This document shows positions 24,701 to 38,800 of a stretch of DNA of 64,000 bases, in pieces. A model generated the notes under the pieces. The model saw nothing but the letters and a program-made list of their open reading frames with translations. It ran no database searches and was not told where the DNA came from. The translations under genes were made by a program, and so were the position numbers. This DNA comes from Bugula neritina (Eukaryota > Animalia > Bryozoa), in the NCBI GenBank assembly GCA_964035545.1, contig OZ037767.1, positions 10,240,581-10,304,580 of the forward strand. Reading direction: 5' to 3'. Position 1 is the first letter of the stretch; each line of letters begins with the position of its first letter.

Positions 24701-27700
24701 TCATTTAATTTCTCAACTAAGGTTTTGAAAGCCTAGTGATGCACAAAGGAAGCCATAGCTTGAGTCTCTCAACTTACACCTTTTCTCGCATCAGTCTTAG
24801 CTTTATCCTTTTCACCACCCTTCTTAGGGTATGGGCTAGCAGCGCCCCTGTTAAGCTGCCCGTGAACCGATTTCACCGCATCCTCGGCTGTTCCATGTTT
24901 TCTTCTAGTCTGTACAACAGCATAAATTTATCAAATTAATTCAAATATTGTGAAGAGCTCACAATCATATTAAATTGCTTTTCAAAGAACTTTTCAAATA
25001 TGTGTATGCTTTTCACTGAGTCATCTAGTAATGATTTTTGAACTAATATGATATCAACAATTCTAAAGCCAGACCTCTATTCAACTGGGGCAGTTACAGA
25101 ATTGATTAAATTTTCAAAAACTCAGCTTAAATAAAAGTTTCTCTATTAAAGAAGTTATGCAATTACTTCACATCATAGTCTATAATAAAATCTAAGATAA
25201 ATGTCACTATTGCAGTTGAAAAATAGTTAAACTTTAAATTAACACAAAGATTACCATTTTAATTCTTGTGGTGTGAAGTAAACAATAAACAAGCTCATAG
25301 ACTCTATTACCTTTTGTAAAGACTACAATTATTGTTTTGAAGAAAACTCTTCTAGTATTATCACTGTGCTGTGCATTATAGTCCAAATTTCAGACATTAC
25401 TGTTATGAAAAAAGCTAATGAATAAACAAACCAATGAAATTTTGGGCAGCCGATAAGGACTTTTTAACTTTTTCCAACTAAAACAATAATGTTTTGAGCT
25501 AATTTTTATTTTCACCCAACTTTTTTATTATAAATAATAATAAATGCTTTACACAGCATTATAGTGTGAAAGGACATGCTTAAATCGGAACAGATAACTA
25601 ATGCAGCTATTCTGCTCTTGTACTTTACACCTGAGTTTAAATAACTAAATGATTGAAAGATTATAAGGTTGAGTATTAAAAGCAACAAAAGGCTAAAATA
25701 TAACAAATCGATTTCGTTTTGATGCCAGAAAAGTGAATTCATTGAGGAAAAAGTGTGAACACAGTCGCAGCAACAAAAGAAGTTTTATTATGAGGTACAC
25801 TGTGCATAGTCTGCAAAGAAAATGTGGGTGTGGACAAGCAACGGATAGTATGACGCAACGTAATCAAGTAGTAATAAATAGGAAGTAAACAGACATACAG
25901 CAGGATACTTTCTAGACACCAAAGCCCTCATTTGCTGTCAAATTAGTAAATAAATTAAAATTATTGAGACAAATTAGAATATACAGAGCAAGTAAAACAG
26001 CCAAGTTCTGTAAACAGGCGAAAAGTTAAGTACAATCTTACCCTAGTATTTTACAATAATAAACAGTATTGATAATTTACACCATATGCTAAAGACCTAC
26101 TTTACAACAAACTCATGCATGCTACAAACAAAGTTCTACAATACAATTTCTCAAGTAGTGGGTTTTAAACTTTTGGAGGTCTTTAGTCATGAATCGAAAA
26201 CAGTTTGATCCTAAACTCACATTCATGCTCTGACATTTATTTAATAAATTTAATCTATAATACGTACATAATAATCTACGTTATATGATACTCTATATAG
26301 CATGATGATCTATACGAAATGCAACCTATATTACATGATAATATGTAATAAATAATAATCTATATTACATGATTACTTATATTATATTATAATAATATAT
26401 ATTACATGTAATATATAGTACATGATACTAAGCATATACAGAAGTGAACAGAGCATACCTTCTCCTGATACTCGTGGTCTGTATACGGATATATCTTATA
26501 AGCACCTCTAATCCTTGTCACTGTAACATAAACAACACAATTTCTTCCATATTGTTATTCCTTCACAAACACAAAATGACTTACACGAAAGTACTATATT
26601 TCTCTGGGTCTGCATGGTTTATTTAAAACTGGTTCTTTCCTAAATAAATAAAAATATTTGTTTCTATATATTCATATTCATAATACGATTGGTTTCACCG
26701 CACAAGATCTATAAAGGATATGCCGCTTAGAGTTCAGGTTCCTTATGTGAAACTGACATGACTTGGTGTGACATGAATTGGTGTGACATGACTTGGTGTG
26801 ACAGTAAGTGATATAAAAAGCAGCTCGCAACTTAATAGATCGTTTCATTAATTCTTATGAATATTAAATGACTTTTCTCGTTCACAAATAATAGGCAGAC
26901 ACTGAAAACCTTCATGATGTTAAATCAATGTAGGGTTTCACCAGTGTAGCATACTAGCAGACATGAAGTTCAAATACTGCGTTTCATTCTAAATGTTTTC
27001 GACAGGCATGCAAACTCATTTATTTATATAACTATATATTATATGGGTTCAAGGTTTTCATACCTCCAGGATATAGCAAAGGCGCCAGGTTGACGTAAGC
27101 TACTCCGTGGTAATACACCTGGTTCTCCTCATCCTAAAATACATCACAGTAAAGCTTAGAACCAAACTCCGTCCGTTTCTACTCACACTGAATTTAGCCA
27201 CTGCTTACACTTTCAATCGCAGAGAAAAAGCCCAACACCCATGACTTAACACAGTTTACAACCAATCTAATACACACATTATAACTTGTATATTTTGCAT
27301 TATTTGGTTTCAACAAATTCAACACATGCAGATACGAATAAGAAAAAGTTGCTATAGAGCATGTAGTCATAATAAGAGTACAACAATGACTCAACCAGCA
27401 AAATACCACTCAGTGCTGAATAAATAAATGAAAGTATAGAGTGCTGCCGTACTGAGGGTCAAACAGAAGAAGCTGCTGAGAAAGGAAACAGCGCCATGAC
27501 ACTAGCAAACTACACACGACATAATATCTGAGAAATATAACTCATTATTGACATAATAGTATGGTGTACGTAAAACTGCAGAGAGCTTATATAATATATA
27601 CAGACCACTCTTTGATCTTGTCGTAAATAGACCTAAAGAAGGATGGTTTGAGTCATGACTGAGTCCGTACACCTGGCCTACAGTACTTTAGTTTTTCTAA

Positions 27701-30700
27701 TAAAACTAATACAAACTTTGACAAGATGTAACATAAAACATGTCCTAAAAAATACTCCTCTACTACTAGGACACCCTATGGCCTATATATTTGTTTGTTA
27801 TACGTGGTTTGCTATATTACAGTTCCTTATGATAATGTAGTTTGCTATATCTTTAATATTTCACAGTGAGAATTCCATAAGTGTTATGAGCTGCTTACAA
27901 GCTTCTAATTATGTTACTTAATTAAAGTAACCAACTGACTAACTCAGGCTGCTAGGAAAAATATGTCGATGTTTATGGCTCAGGACTAGTAACCTTACTT
28001 GTTAATCTCATACGTCTCAGCTACTCAAATTCCAACATTTATCATGCTATTAGTAATTGTAATTATAACTAATCATTACATTATGCTGTCAAACATATTA
28101 GATTTTATGGCTTAAATTTATTCAGTTTATGTTGGATATATGTTTTTTATTTGTTAAAATCAAAGATGAATGCTATTTTAATTCATCTAACCAAATGCAC
28201 AGGTCTACTGCGAAATGGTGCTTAGCAAAAAGGAAATCACTCAGTTCATTCGTAGAACTGGCTCTGCCCATTCATGCATATGCTTTAAAAACTGCACTAA
28301 AAGCAGAGTAAGAGTAAAGTACAACAAACAGATAAAAATAGAAGCTCCAGAATACACGGGTTAGGCATGCACCACTGACGTCACATCAGTACAACGAACC
28401 AGTACAAAGTATGTTAGAGTAGAACAATAAAATGTAAAAAACAAAACTGAGGTGAGACTTCAGTAATGTCTGTCACTATGGAAACATAACAACAAAGGTA
28501 ACAAAAGATATTATCCAAATTACTTTGTTGATGTTGATCTAAAATAACGAAGCATAATATTAAATGTTGATTTGGCACGAAAGTCAAATAAAAAAGCTTT
28601 GCTAGATATTTAAAAATGCTTAATGCAGATATTAAGTCAAAATTTTGCATTACTTTTTGGATAAAAAGTATATATATTAAATCAAATTAAAAGCAATAGA
28701 ACTTAGTGTAAAAATAAAGTTAGTTAGTGGTACCTAGTGTAATACTAAAACACTACTTTGACTATTGTTCTAGTTGTTTGAATATAGCTCGAAGCTTATA
28801 TGGAATTTGGGTAGATATATACATATATAATAAATTAACCTAATACATAAAATATTACACCATAAATAAAATTGTTTTTGACTCTGAACTAAAAGCGAAA
28901 ATTAACCTAGGTAGAGTAGCTACTCTAGTTACATATATAACACCCTTGGAGTTTCAAATTGGTGCACTTTTTATACCCATAGTTATTTCAAAATATGACG
29001 TGAAATATTAACGCATATAGTTTACAATAATCTACCATCACCAAGCGCAGTGCAGTACTTCCTGACACAACCCTCACTACATTTGCTATATAACTGAATT
29101 AAAGGCAATGTATTATACTTCGCTAAACAGCAACCACCAACCTTCTTTCCTTTCCCTCCGGCTGGCATAGGCATTCTCATTACCTCCACTGGCCATAGTC
29201 TATTTTTCGCTATCTTTTCTTGCAGTCTGTGAATTTCAGCAAAACAAGTCATACATAAATAAATAGATTATAATACAATGTTTTCATTAAAATCTGAACA
29301 AATCAAGCATATGTTATGCAGAAACAATATTTTAAAATATTTCCACTTCAGTAAATTCTGTTGAGAAATGCAAGAAGATATGAAAAGCGAATAAAATACA
29401 AGTGCATATTCAGATTGCAGACAGGTTTAGTTCTAAGTTATTGTCATCAGAGTTCAAACAATTATTTTTAGTGATTATTGTTCTTTTGAAAACTTTTATA
29501 ACTTATATAACTTTGGAATTTTGCTTAAAAAGAAAAACACAAACATAGCTGCACTTACGATTTGTTGGCAGAAGCTTCAAGGAAACACCTTCTCTCTGTA
29601 TTCCAGGTGACTCTGTTCTTCTCCTGCTCAGAGACAGTTCTGTGCTCCCTGTCTTCCTTTGCCTTGTAATCCCCATCCTCTTCATCTATGGGATCTTGAG
29701 ACAAGAAGCTACAGCAGCAAAGGAATTCATTGGAAGAGGTCGAGAAATGTGCATATTTTCATTGCAATAGATTATTAATTATTAAAAAAAATTAAAACCA
29801 GTATAAGAAAGATTAGAACAGCAGAAGAAATACATAGACAAGCCAATAGTTCAGGAAATATATATGACTTTTATAAAAAGAGAAATTTTCTATTGCATAA
29901 AAACACAAACCCTTGAAGTTTACAAGTCATTCAGTGTAAGCAAAGTGTTAGCTCAAATAAAACTCGAGTCACTTTCTCACACTCGATATTGCTTTCGTTT
30001 GAAGAATTTAAAGTTTTCGATTAGTTAGCCTCAGCTGCTGCATACCTGTTGGGAATGTAGGAGGAGTTTCCGGGCATGGCGCTAGTTCCAGGATGCAACC
30101 ACTTTCTCTGCTTATTCGGTAACTCTTTGTCGATGCCTGGTTTAGGTGCGCCATTCCCAAACACCAACGTAGTTTCTTTCTGAAAGCACACAATAAAGTA
30201 GGAATACTGTGAGGAGCTTTTGAACAAAAAAGCCGACTAAAGAGCTCGAGCTCATCTCACATGATACTTTATATGTTGACTCAAATTTCATAGCTAAGAA
30301 AAGTAAAAGTTGTATTACAAATCATAGTGGCAATAAATACTAAGGCAAAAAAAAAAGGTTTTTTTATCTGTTGCCTACAATTTTCAACCATTTCTTATCC
30401 CCTTCCCCCGAATTTTCAAAAAAGCCAAAATCAGTGATTAATTTAATCTAAAAATTATAGGGGCATCCATTTACACCTATACTTGAGGACAGTGCACATG
30501 ATTTCCTATTCGCCAATGCATGTGATGAATGAGTCACACTTGAACAGACTGGTGTTAATTTATTCACTAAACCGTGTCCCCATTGGCCCGTTTTCAATAA
30601 AAAAAATTTGGTTAAATTATTTAAATATATTATAGTCTTGAGTGGGGATTATACAGCCATTTCAGTAACTATAAATTTAAGTTATAATTACTGTTGAAAC

Positions 30701-32655
30701 TTTACTAACCAAGGAAAATTACCTAAACCATATTCAGAAATAATTTTCAAAATAGTTTTTTTTCATTAAAATAGACATGTAAAGCCAATTGGACATACAA
30801 TATTTTAGCTGTCATATATACCTCTGAGTTCATAGGCAGCGGGAGACTGGCCACATATGCAAACTGCTGCCCCGTAACTTGAAAAGCATCTGGAGGTGAG
30901 AAAACACTCTCTATAGTTACGTTAAGTAAGTTAGTCTCCTCAGCAGTAGTTGACGATACGAGAGGCTCGTTGACAGATAGCTGGAGATCCAACTCTGGTT
31001 TGGGCAGTTCCGACATGAGGTTCTCGATAGGCGAGCCCGGCACGGAGTGAATAGTAAGGGTCTGCTGGTGTTTGTTTTTGTCAGCTGTAAGTATGTATTA
31101 TGCTCTGCTTTACATCAACAGGAAACTATCTTTACTTTGAAAGACATACAAATGCCCAGAATGTGAAGTTATTTAAACAATATTATCATTAAGATACTTA
31201 AATTAATATAAGATTATGTTATGAGCATATTATGTTGCAGGTGTTGCCATTTGAAAAATTTTAAAAGTATATAAAATGTCTTTGGAGATTACCAAAGAAA
31301 AACGGCTCACAAATATTTTATGTAAAATAAATGTTTTATGTTTTTTAGCAAAATTGATTTATTTCATGATGATTTTCACTACTTGTAGTTGTCTTACCTG
31401 TAAGCATGGGAAATAAGTCTACAGTGCATTGCCCAATCAAATTCGTCTTTTCTTCTTTTTGTCTTTTCTCCTTTGGCAAAACTTCTATTATAGATACTAA
31501 AATAGAGAAAGTTGAACAAAATGACAGGGTGAACCTATTTATTGCAGGTCATGTGATTGTCAATATACTATTGATATAATATCATGATATTACATCAATA
31601 TACTATTGATATAATATCATGATATCAACAAACGCTATTAAAAGATATCAACTGTAAGTTGTTATATTCTTGTGCTACCAAGTTTTTGTTTTATTGTTTT
31701 CCAACATATAAGAAGATAACTATAAACTTTGTATGAAAACTACAGCATAATATAATATAATAAATACAACTACAGTCTATATAGTGTAAAAGGGTAACCA
31801 TAACATAATTTTAGCAAAAGTAGACTACATGCACAATACAAAAACCAAACTTTTGAATCAATAACTGAACACAAATTCCATGAATAATAAATGCCAACAT
31901 AATAAACAGCGTGTCAAGTAAAGCCCAGAGAGCTACAGTCTCACACTGTCACAGTTAACACAGACATCTGAAGGATATGACATAGGAGCTTACACAAAAT
32001 AGGCTTATGGGCAATATCATCCAGGTCCCTTGCATCGTCAAAGTTGACGGTTATTGAGGTTGTGTAGTTGAGTTCTGCCGGTTCTTCGGCAGTACTTTCA
32101 ACCTTGACACTTTCACCCAGCGTCTTGTCATTCCACTCCACTTTAATCATCGCCAAAACCGCATCTCCGCGTAGACCTCTCTGTGAAAATCCAAGTTTGT
32201 AACAAGAAGAAATAAACATAAACAGCAATCTATTTTGTATGTAGAAGCAGTATTAGACTTCATAAAATTGATTGAAAATCAATTAGTTGCTTGAATAACA
32301 ACTTTTATGTTTTTATGACAAATAATAGTTGGCAGTTTAAAATTTTGTAAATAAACTATAAAACGCATTTTCCAATATTCTTTTTATTGGAAAATATGTA
32401 AGCTTTAATACTGTGATTAAATCTTAACTATTTAATCATAAAATGGGTTTGTTTTAAATGAGGAAGTATACAGCTTTTAGTTGTTTTATCCTACTTCATT
32501 GTTATGGGAAACCATAAACTTGCTATTATTATAAGTGTTTACAGGTCATCCAATATTAGAATTATTTATACAATACTCACCAGATTTCTGAGACGGAATA
32601 CAGTAAGTGTCAAGGATTCTGATGCCCTTGTATGTGGCAGTTCACTGTCGGCCAT
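15706..32655 (-). CDS. CFAP70: Cilia- and flagella-associated protein 70 (TTC18), ~1135 aa, 23 coding exons, C-terminal TPRs
   Basis: Exons 32655-32581, 32180-31994, 31496-31398, 31084-30822, 30179-30046, 29708-29559, 29226-29142, 27133-27064, 26520-26459, 24909-24778, (23995-23951), 23346-23212, 22570-22413, 21897-21693, 21099-20914, 20665-20567, 20038-19855, 19676-19527, 19215-19111, 18556/18553-18361, 17422-17215, 16560-16159, 15786-15706 are phase-consistent. Diagnostic peptides: [66 protein letters not shown]-terminal VGFGNPEL. Confidence 0.93.
16585..17212. repeat. 22-23-bp minisatellite (TACTCTACTCTATAACATAGTA) filling a CFAP70 intron
   Basis: Tandem copies visible from ~25 nt past the acceptor up to the donor. 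Confidence 0.95.
18560..18900. repeat. Degenerate 9-bp periodic repeat (GTATAGTAA-like)
   Basis: gtatagtaa gtagtgtaa gtatagtaa ggatagtaa...; abuts the CFAP70 acceptor at 18557. Confidence 0.75.
20668..20866. repeat. ~32-bp minisatellite (ACACACTTATTATAGTATATATAATACATCAG)
   Basis: About 6 tandem copies beginning at the acceptor of exon 20665-20567. Confidence 0.9.
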
Positions 32656-33834
32656 TCTTTTTATTCTGTAACAAATTTTATTGCATGTAAAGGTATATCA
32701 GATAAAAATAAGTACAAGGCAGTCAATTTAATAAAAACCAATTCAAGTTTGTTGAAAGTATATGACTCAAATTATTTCCGATTTCTATTTTTAGCAATTC
32801 ACAAGTTAAAAAGTGGCGACAATTTGAGGTAAAATAGACGACAATAGACAGAGAGGTGCTCAGCAAATTAAATACGAAGTGAAATGCATGCGTTACTACT
32901 ACTTTACATAATAGGGCAAGAAGAAATTAAAGCACTAGTTCCTATTATTATTTACTATTGTTTTATTAAAGTCTGTATTCTTCAGAATACTTATTTTTCT
33001 TAAATGTGACAGTTGGCTATCGAAACACACAACTGTATTTATTTTATGATTGGCTAAACAATACGCTGACTTAGCATTTGAAAAAAACTAAACCATTAAT
33101 TTAAATAACAAAATTAAAATTTCATTTGCATTCATGACAAGTATAGGATTAAAATGCATTTAAATGACTAGTCTTAACTGAACTTTCACATAAGTCGCTG
33201 AAATGTTGTTCATTCACATGCAGTAAAATTATAAACCTCCAAGTTTTAGTATGATTTCCTTATTTAAACTGAGCCATAGCTGTCTTAAATTTAATTATAC
33301 CATACGTTTATTAAATATTTAATGCATTAAACTTAGTTTCTGTTAGTTTAGTAATATTAAACAATAAAATAAAAATGTATGCATGTTTTGATTGCTACAG
33401 TTACTAAAATAAAACAATTACTAAATTACATTTACATGTATTAATAGAGGTATAATCATAATTATAATAGTGATACTGATACTAATAGTAATAGTTTGAA
33501 TGATGATTTTAAAGCTACCAAGTTTAAAACTAAAATCATTGTGATACAGTTATACCATATTGACCATGTAGCAGCAACACTCATTGCAAAATACTCATGA
33601 CAGTATTGTATAATAAAAAAATAAATTATATTTACAATAAGCATAACTCTAAAAGTATTACAGATTGCAACTTATGGTCACAATTATAACGATAATCATA
33701 ATGCTAATGGTAATCAAATTGAAATTATAGTAAATGTAATACTTATAGTTATACTAACGAAAAATTATGTTAGTGATCATTGTCATGGTCTAAAACTAAA
33801 TTTTTATAGCAATAAAATTGTGATTTCTCATTAC

Positions 33835-34605
33835 CTATTGTCTATTTAACTTAAAAGCCAGTTACTGGCACTTCGTGAGTTATAATCTACCAAATAAATA
33901 CTTTTTAAATGTATGTAAACCAACATGAAAGTCAAAGTATCGTGGAGTCTGAAGTTAACTACGGCTTGCCACTAGGTTACCAATAGAGACGCAGGCCGAA
34001 AAGTAAATTTTTGTACAGCCTGCAAATATATTATTGTAGAACTGTATAGTCGAGATAGCTTTTGTTTCGTATCTAGGACTAAGAGAAATTTTTCGACACG
34101 AACCAATCAAACAGAGGGTTCTATAACTTCAAACTGGTCTGCTCAATTGTGAGGTTAGATAACTCCATACTTCAAATCAATTCACGATTAATTTTTTGCA
34201 CTTGCCCATCGGTTTACCACGCTTGTGAAACCAATTGTAGCATGTGTAATAAATAAAATGCTCGATGAAAAAGTTTTAATTCAATTAATTAAATCAACTG
34301 TTATAGCCAAGATTTAGTGATAGAAAGATTTTACGATATTTGTGGCTTTACTTCATGCCTGCTTGGGTCAGACGCAGCATGATTTTTATAGTAGGATAAC
34401 TCCGTACTAGTGTTTTTGCCCATCTATTGGCGGTGAAATAGTAGTATATTTTGGTCGAAAGATAAAGCATATAGGTAGAATTTCTGTATTGATTAATTAT
34501 ACTTAAATATATATGTGTCGCGCTTTGTTTCACATGAATCGTGAGCGCTTTCGTCGACAACTCTTCATTGAAGATTCAAATGAGCTCTGAATCGTCCGCG
34601 AGGGT
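33835..34605. promoter_or_regulatory. Probable bidirectional promoter and non-coding first exons of CFAP70 (minus) and ZW10 (plus)
   Basis: CpG-richer segment between divergent genes; candidate minus donor (TTACCT ~33831-33836) and plus donor (GAGG/GTGGGT ~34603); both ATG exons start with an acceptor. Confidence 0.55.
33976..33990 (-). promoter_or_regulatory. RFX X-box-like motif upstream of CFAP70
   Basis: The minus strand reads GTCTCT-ATT-GGTAAC, fitting GTYNCY-N(1-3)-RGYAAC; an overlapping GTAACCTAGTGGCAAG lies next to it. Ciliary genes are canonical RFX targets. Confidence 0.55.
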
Positions 34606-35864
34606 GGGTTTTCCAAAACCTTTTCTTCTAAAACATAAAAGCCTTTACTTCAAACATAAGGTTTTCATCATTTATGTGTTATATATTTGTAGCATATTGG
34701 TGTATTAGTAAAAAAAAGTAATGTGATTGTGTATGAATCAAAATGTAAAACTCTAAGTAGTTTGAGAGTAAGTGTAACTGTAAGACTAAGACTCATAAGA
34801 GTAAGTTCTTAAATAATAAATTAATAATTATTTATTATATTACATTTTGATTTACTATTACTATTAGTATTAGTACTACTACTAGTATTAATATTAGTAT
34901 TACTATTACTATTAGTATCAGTATTACTATTAGTATTAGTTACTATTACTGTTAGTATTAATAATATTATTATTAATATGTTATACAATCTTAACACTAA
35001 CAGTTACAGTAAGATAAAATTGAAGTTCAAGTAATCTTCAAGTTTATACAGAAATATATCTAACCTATTTTATCCAATGAAATTATGCAATAATTACTTG
35101 AAAATTGATCAATGTTTAATTTATCATGCAGGTAGTTACAATTTAATAATTAATAGCAATTACAAATACAGTGTTGTCATTGTATCTCATTTTCAGTTTA
35201 ATATTTTTATTGTTTATTGTTTGTATGCTATAATTTAGAAAGTAATCTGAATAACTTAATAAAATAATTCCAAGTCTAACTGGCACCAATTGTACAATAA
35301 ATCTATTTTGCTTTGTAGGTCATTATGCTGTCATTTCTATTACAAATTGTTTTAAATCAATTATTTGTGATGTTTAAATCTTCATTGTTATGCAAAGATT
35401 CCTCCAAAAAATATACTGTTATAGTTTTTTATTGTCTTTTTGTTTTCAGATTTAAAATTATTTTTGGCGAATCTTGTTCAAGTGAAATCCCTTGCTTACA
35501 TACTTGTTAAGTTTGAGGTGATTTTTACTCGGTGTAGTAGTATTGTTGCAATTCTGTCTTGCACTAAATTCTAGGCCAATGTTTAAATTCTTCACTACCT
35601 AGAACAGCGATTTAGATTTTGACAAAACCTGGTTTAGTGTTCTGTTTAGTAAAAGCCATATCTGAGTTACTTATTCGTGTTGAATAATGTCAACTTCTAA
35701 GCTAACTAAAAGTGTTTTACTGTAAAAGTTCAGCAGTACTTATGGTTCCTAAATTTTGATGCAGATCAAAATTATAATTCTACTCATTAATATCGAATTG
35801 ATCTGCTTTTGTAGAAGCGTTTGGTGTTGAATGTTGAATAGTATATGACATAATTAGATTCAGG

Positions 35865-38800
35865 ATGAGTTCATTCATAGCTGAAACATTGATGTCTGCT
35901 GGTAAGTCATGCATATTGAATGTATACACTGGATACTTTGGGTATGTAAGGAGTTGTTGAAAAATGTGTAGGAAAAAACATTGATGAGTCGTAAGAAAAA
36001 TCTCAGTTGAAAGGCAAGATGTAATTAACCATTTAATGAAAGATTGCCCTCAATGTAATTCTATTAACTTTTCAATGAAAATCCTAATTTTTTATGTGTA
36101 AGTCACTTCACAGTGTGCAAATTATATGCTACTTTAATTTCCCAGGTTACTGCAGCTCAGTAAGCCATCATTTTTAAACTTAGTACATAAGTGGAATAAC
36201 TAAACGTAAATGTCAATGCTAAAAATACAACGCAATTAAGTATTATTGCGCTTGTTAGAGATACAAATATGCGCATGCAGTTTTACATTTAGCATACACT
36301 CAACTATTCAGTATTTTTACTATGTTTATGGCTGCTAGCACACTATTTTTCTTTAAGATTGTTCATGATGCTGTGCTAGATGCAGCCTAGTTCAGGGCTG
36401 ATTCCCATTAAATTGACAAATGTTCATCCTCAATTGTTAAAGAGTTATCTTCCCTAATTAATGTCTGTTGCAGTTGGTATAACTGACTTGCTCAGGAATC
36501 ATAAAAGGCATGGTTAGGATAGTAGTAGGCCTGTATTATGTAACTATATTGGTAAACTAATTTAAATTATTTAATTTACAGTTTTTGAAAATATGTTGAT
36601 GTGAATTTACGTTGAATATAAAAAAATTTCCATGGTTCTGATTGGCACAGTCTTAGGTAATCACTGATTGGTCAAAAGATATATCAACAATTTCTTTGTT
36701 TTGCAATAAAGTTCACTGCAAGAAGCATAATAAAACCATTAGTAAAAGTACTAAAATTTTAGTCAATAATAAAATGCTCAATATCAAAATAAATTCTGAT
36801 AAAACTGATAAAATTTTTAAATAAATATTCCTATATGCTTTTTGATTGATTGATTTATTTATTTATTATATATCACAGACATGAAAACATGTTGCAAAAT
36901 TCAGTGTAAATACTGTCCATAACAAGTAGACATGAACAAAAGTAGAGAAAGAAAAAAAAGTCAGAACTCTGTGGGATTACTTAAAATAAAAGATCATTTC
37001 GTAGGAAATGTTAATGCTAAGCCCGATAAAATGTTTTTAAATATGTGTGTTAGGTGTGAAGGACACAGAGCGGTGCAGCCCTAATTTAACTGAGATTTCA
37101 TCAAAGAGTGATGAGTTGCGAGTAGATGTGATGGAGTTCCTAAAGAGTAGATATGAAGATTTTGATTCCAGACTAGACGAAACGTCCATGTTGCATAAGC
37201 GTTGGGAGCAGCTCAGCTCTGCCTTGGACTCTACCCGCACTCTCATTCAGGACGAGGTTTGCTCAACCATTGTGCCTTATATTTTTTCTATTTACTGTCT
37301 GCTTTTTTATTGGTTACTTTCAGCTGATAGACATTCGTTGACTAATCTGTAATCACAATTTGACAGCAAGTTCTAGTCTTCTTTTTTGACTTCAACTATG
37401 TTTGTTTTCAATAAAAATGCAGAGATTTTTTGTATTTTATTTGTCTCATCTATTCAGTAGATTAAGTTGTCTCTACTGTCTTGTAGATAGACTTGAAGAC
37501 GTGTTCAACTGTCGAGTTAGCAGAGAACTCTGGGATACTCGAGAAAGTCAACGCCACTTTGGCCGTTCTCTCTCAACTCATTCGAGTACACAAACTCCAC
37601 CAAACTGTCAACAACCTTCTAACCTGCAAAGATTTCACTCAGGCTATTGTGGAGCTTCAAAAGATGAGAGAGGCATTAGATACACTGCACCGTGATCTTC
37701 CACAACTCAACATAATTAAAGTATGTTAATGTGTAAAGTGTATATGTGTGTATATGTTATAGTTGAATATTATGAATATACAACCACGGTGTAGTGCTTA
37801 GAGTGCTGGCTTTGTAAACAGGAGGTCAGTGGTTCGAGTCCAAACATCACTGGTAATGTTGGGAAAAGCATCCAGTCATAATTACTCTTGTCCCTCATCT
37901 GAATAAATCCTTAACCCGCAAAAGACCCTTTCCATCAGGGGTTGTCACAGGGATAGTGGCTAAACATTTGCTTTATTTTCTGTTATAAATACACACTGGT
38001 GTATTGTATTATTTTGAAGTACTATTTAGACATTCCATACACGCTTTGTGTTCATTAGCTCACCTTGGTTAATCCGTTTCATGTAATACATTAGGTTACT
38101 ACACAAATTCCTAAAGATTCAGTAGTAACTATGTATAACAGGTTTACTCAAACTGCTATAAGTTATAGCTCCTCACTTCTCAGCCTACTATGCTGTTGCT
38201 TTGTAATGGTGAATTTAATCAATTTTTTTCTGGTTTGCAGATCTTAAACATAGAGTATACCACCTTGGCACAATCTTTAAAACATTCGATGACTGAGCAG
38301 TGGAATTCTGTAGTAAACATATCCAAACAAGATTCCGGTGGTAATGCTATTACTTAACGTATACCTTATTACCTATACATCTCCATTGCCTAAAATATAT
38401 CATATTACTTATACTTCTCTATTGCATAGGTATATATCTTTTTAATGCTACTTGCTTTTAATTATTACCATTAATAATTGAAAATTTATTTTTATGGCTG
38501 AATATAACAACCTGTAGAGGTTATCAGTAAAAAGAATTAGTGTTATATACTGATATGTTTGATGATGCTGTTATTCGCCCAGTTGATTTAAGCTGCTGCC
38601 CCGATGTTTCTGGTTGCTGCCTTACACCAATGCTGAGAATACACTGCATCATATGTGAAATGGGTTCTCAATAGTTCACTCTCCTCTTTTTCTTTCTTCA
38701 TAGATTGGAGTAAAAATTATAAATTGTAGCAGTTTTTAGTTTTTATCTTGCGACTTGAAACATTCGAGGAAGACCACTCCGTACTCTAATTTTGTACTGG

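Noticed and set aside
25790-28260. Additional CFAP70 micro-exons
   Set aside because: Several AG...GT pairs exist, but most have weak donors, stops or frameshifts; not supportable without RNA data.
37781-37855. tRNA-Thr gene (also 56255-56330)
   Set aside because: No pairing acceptor stem, and it continues into a shared SINE body in three copies.
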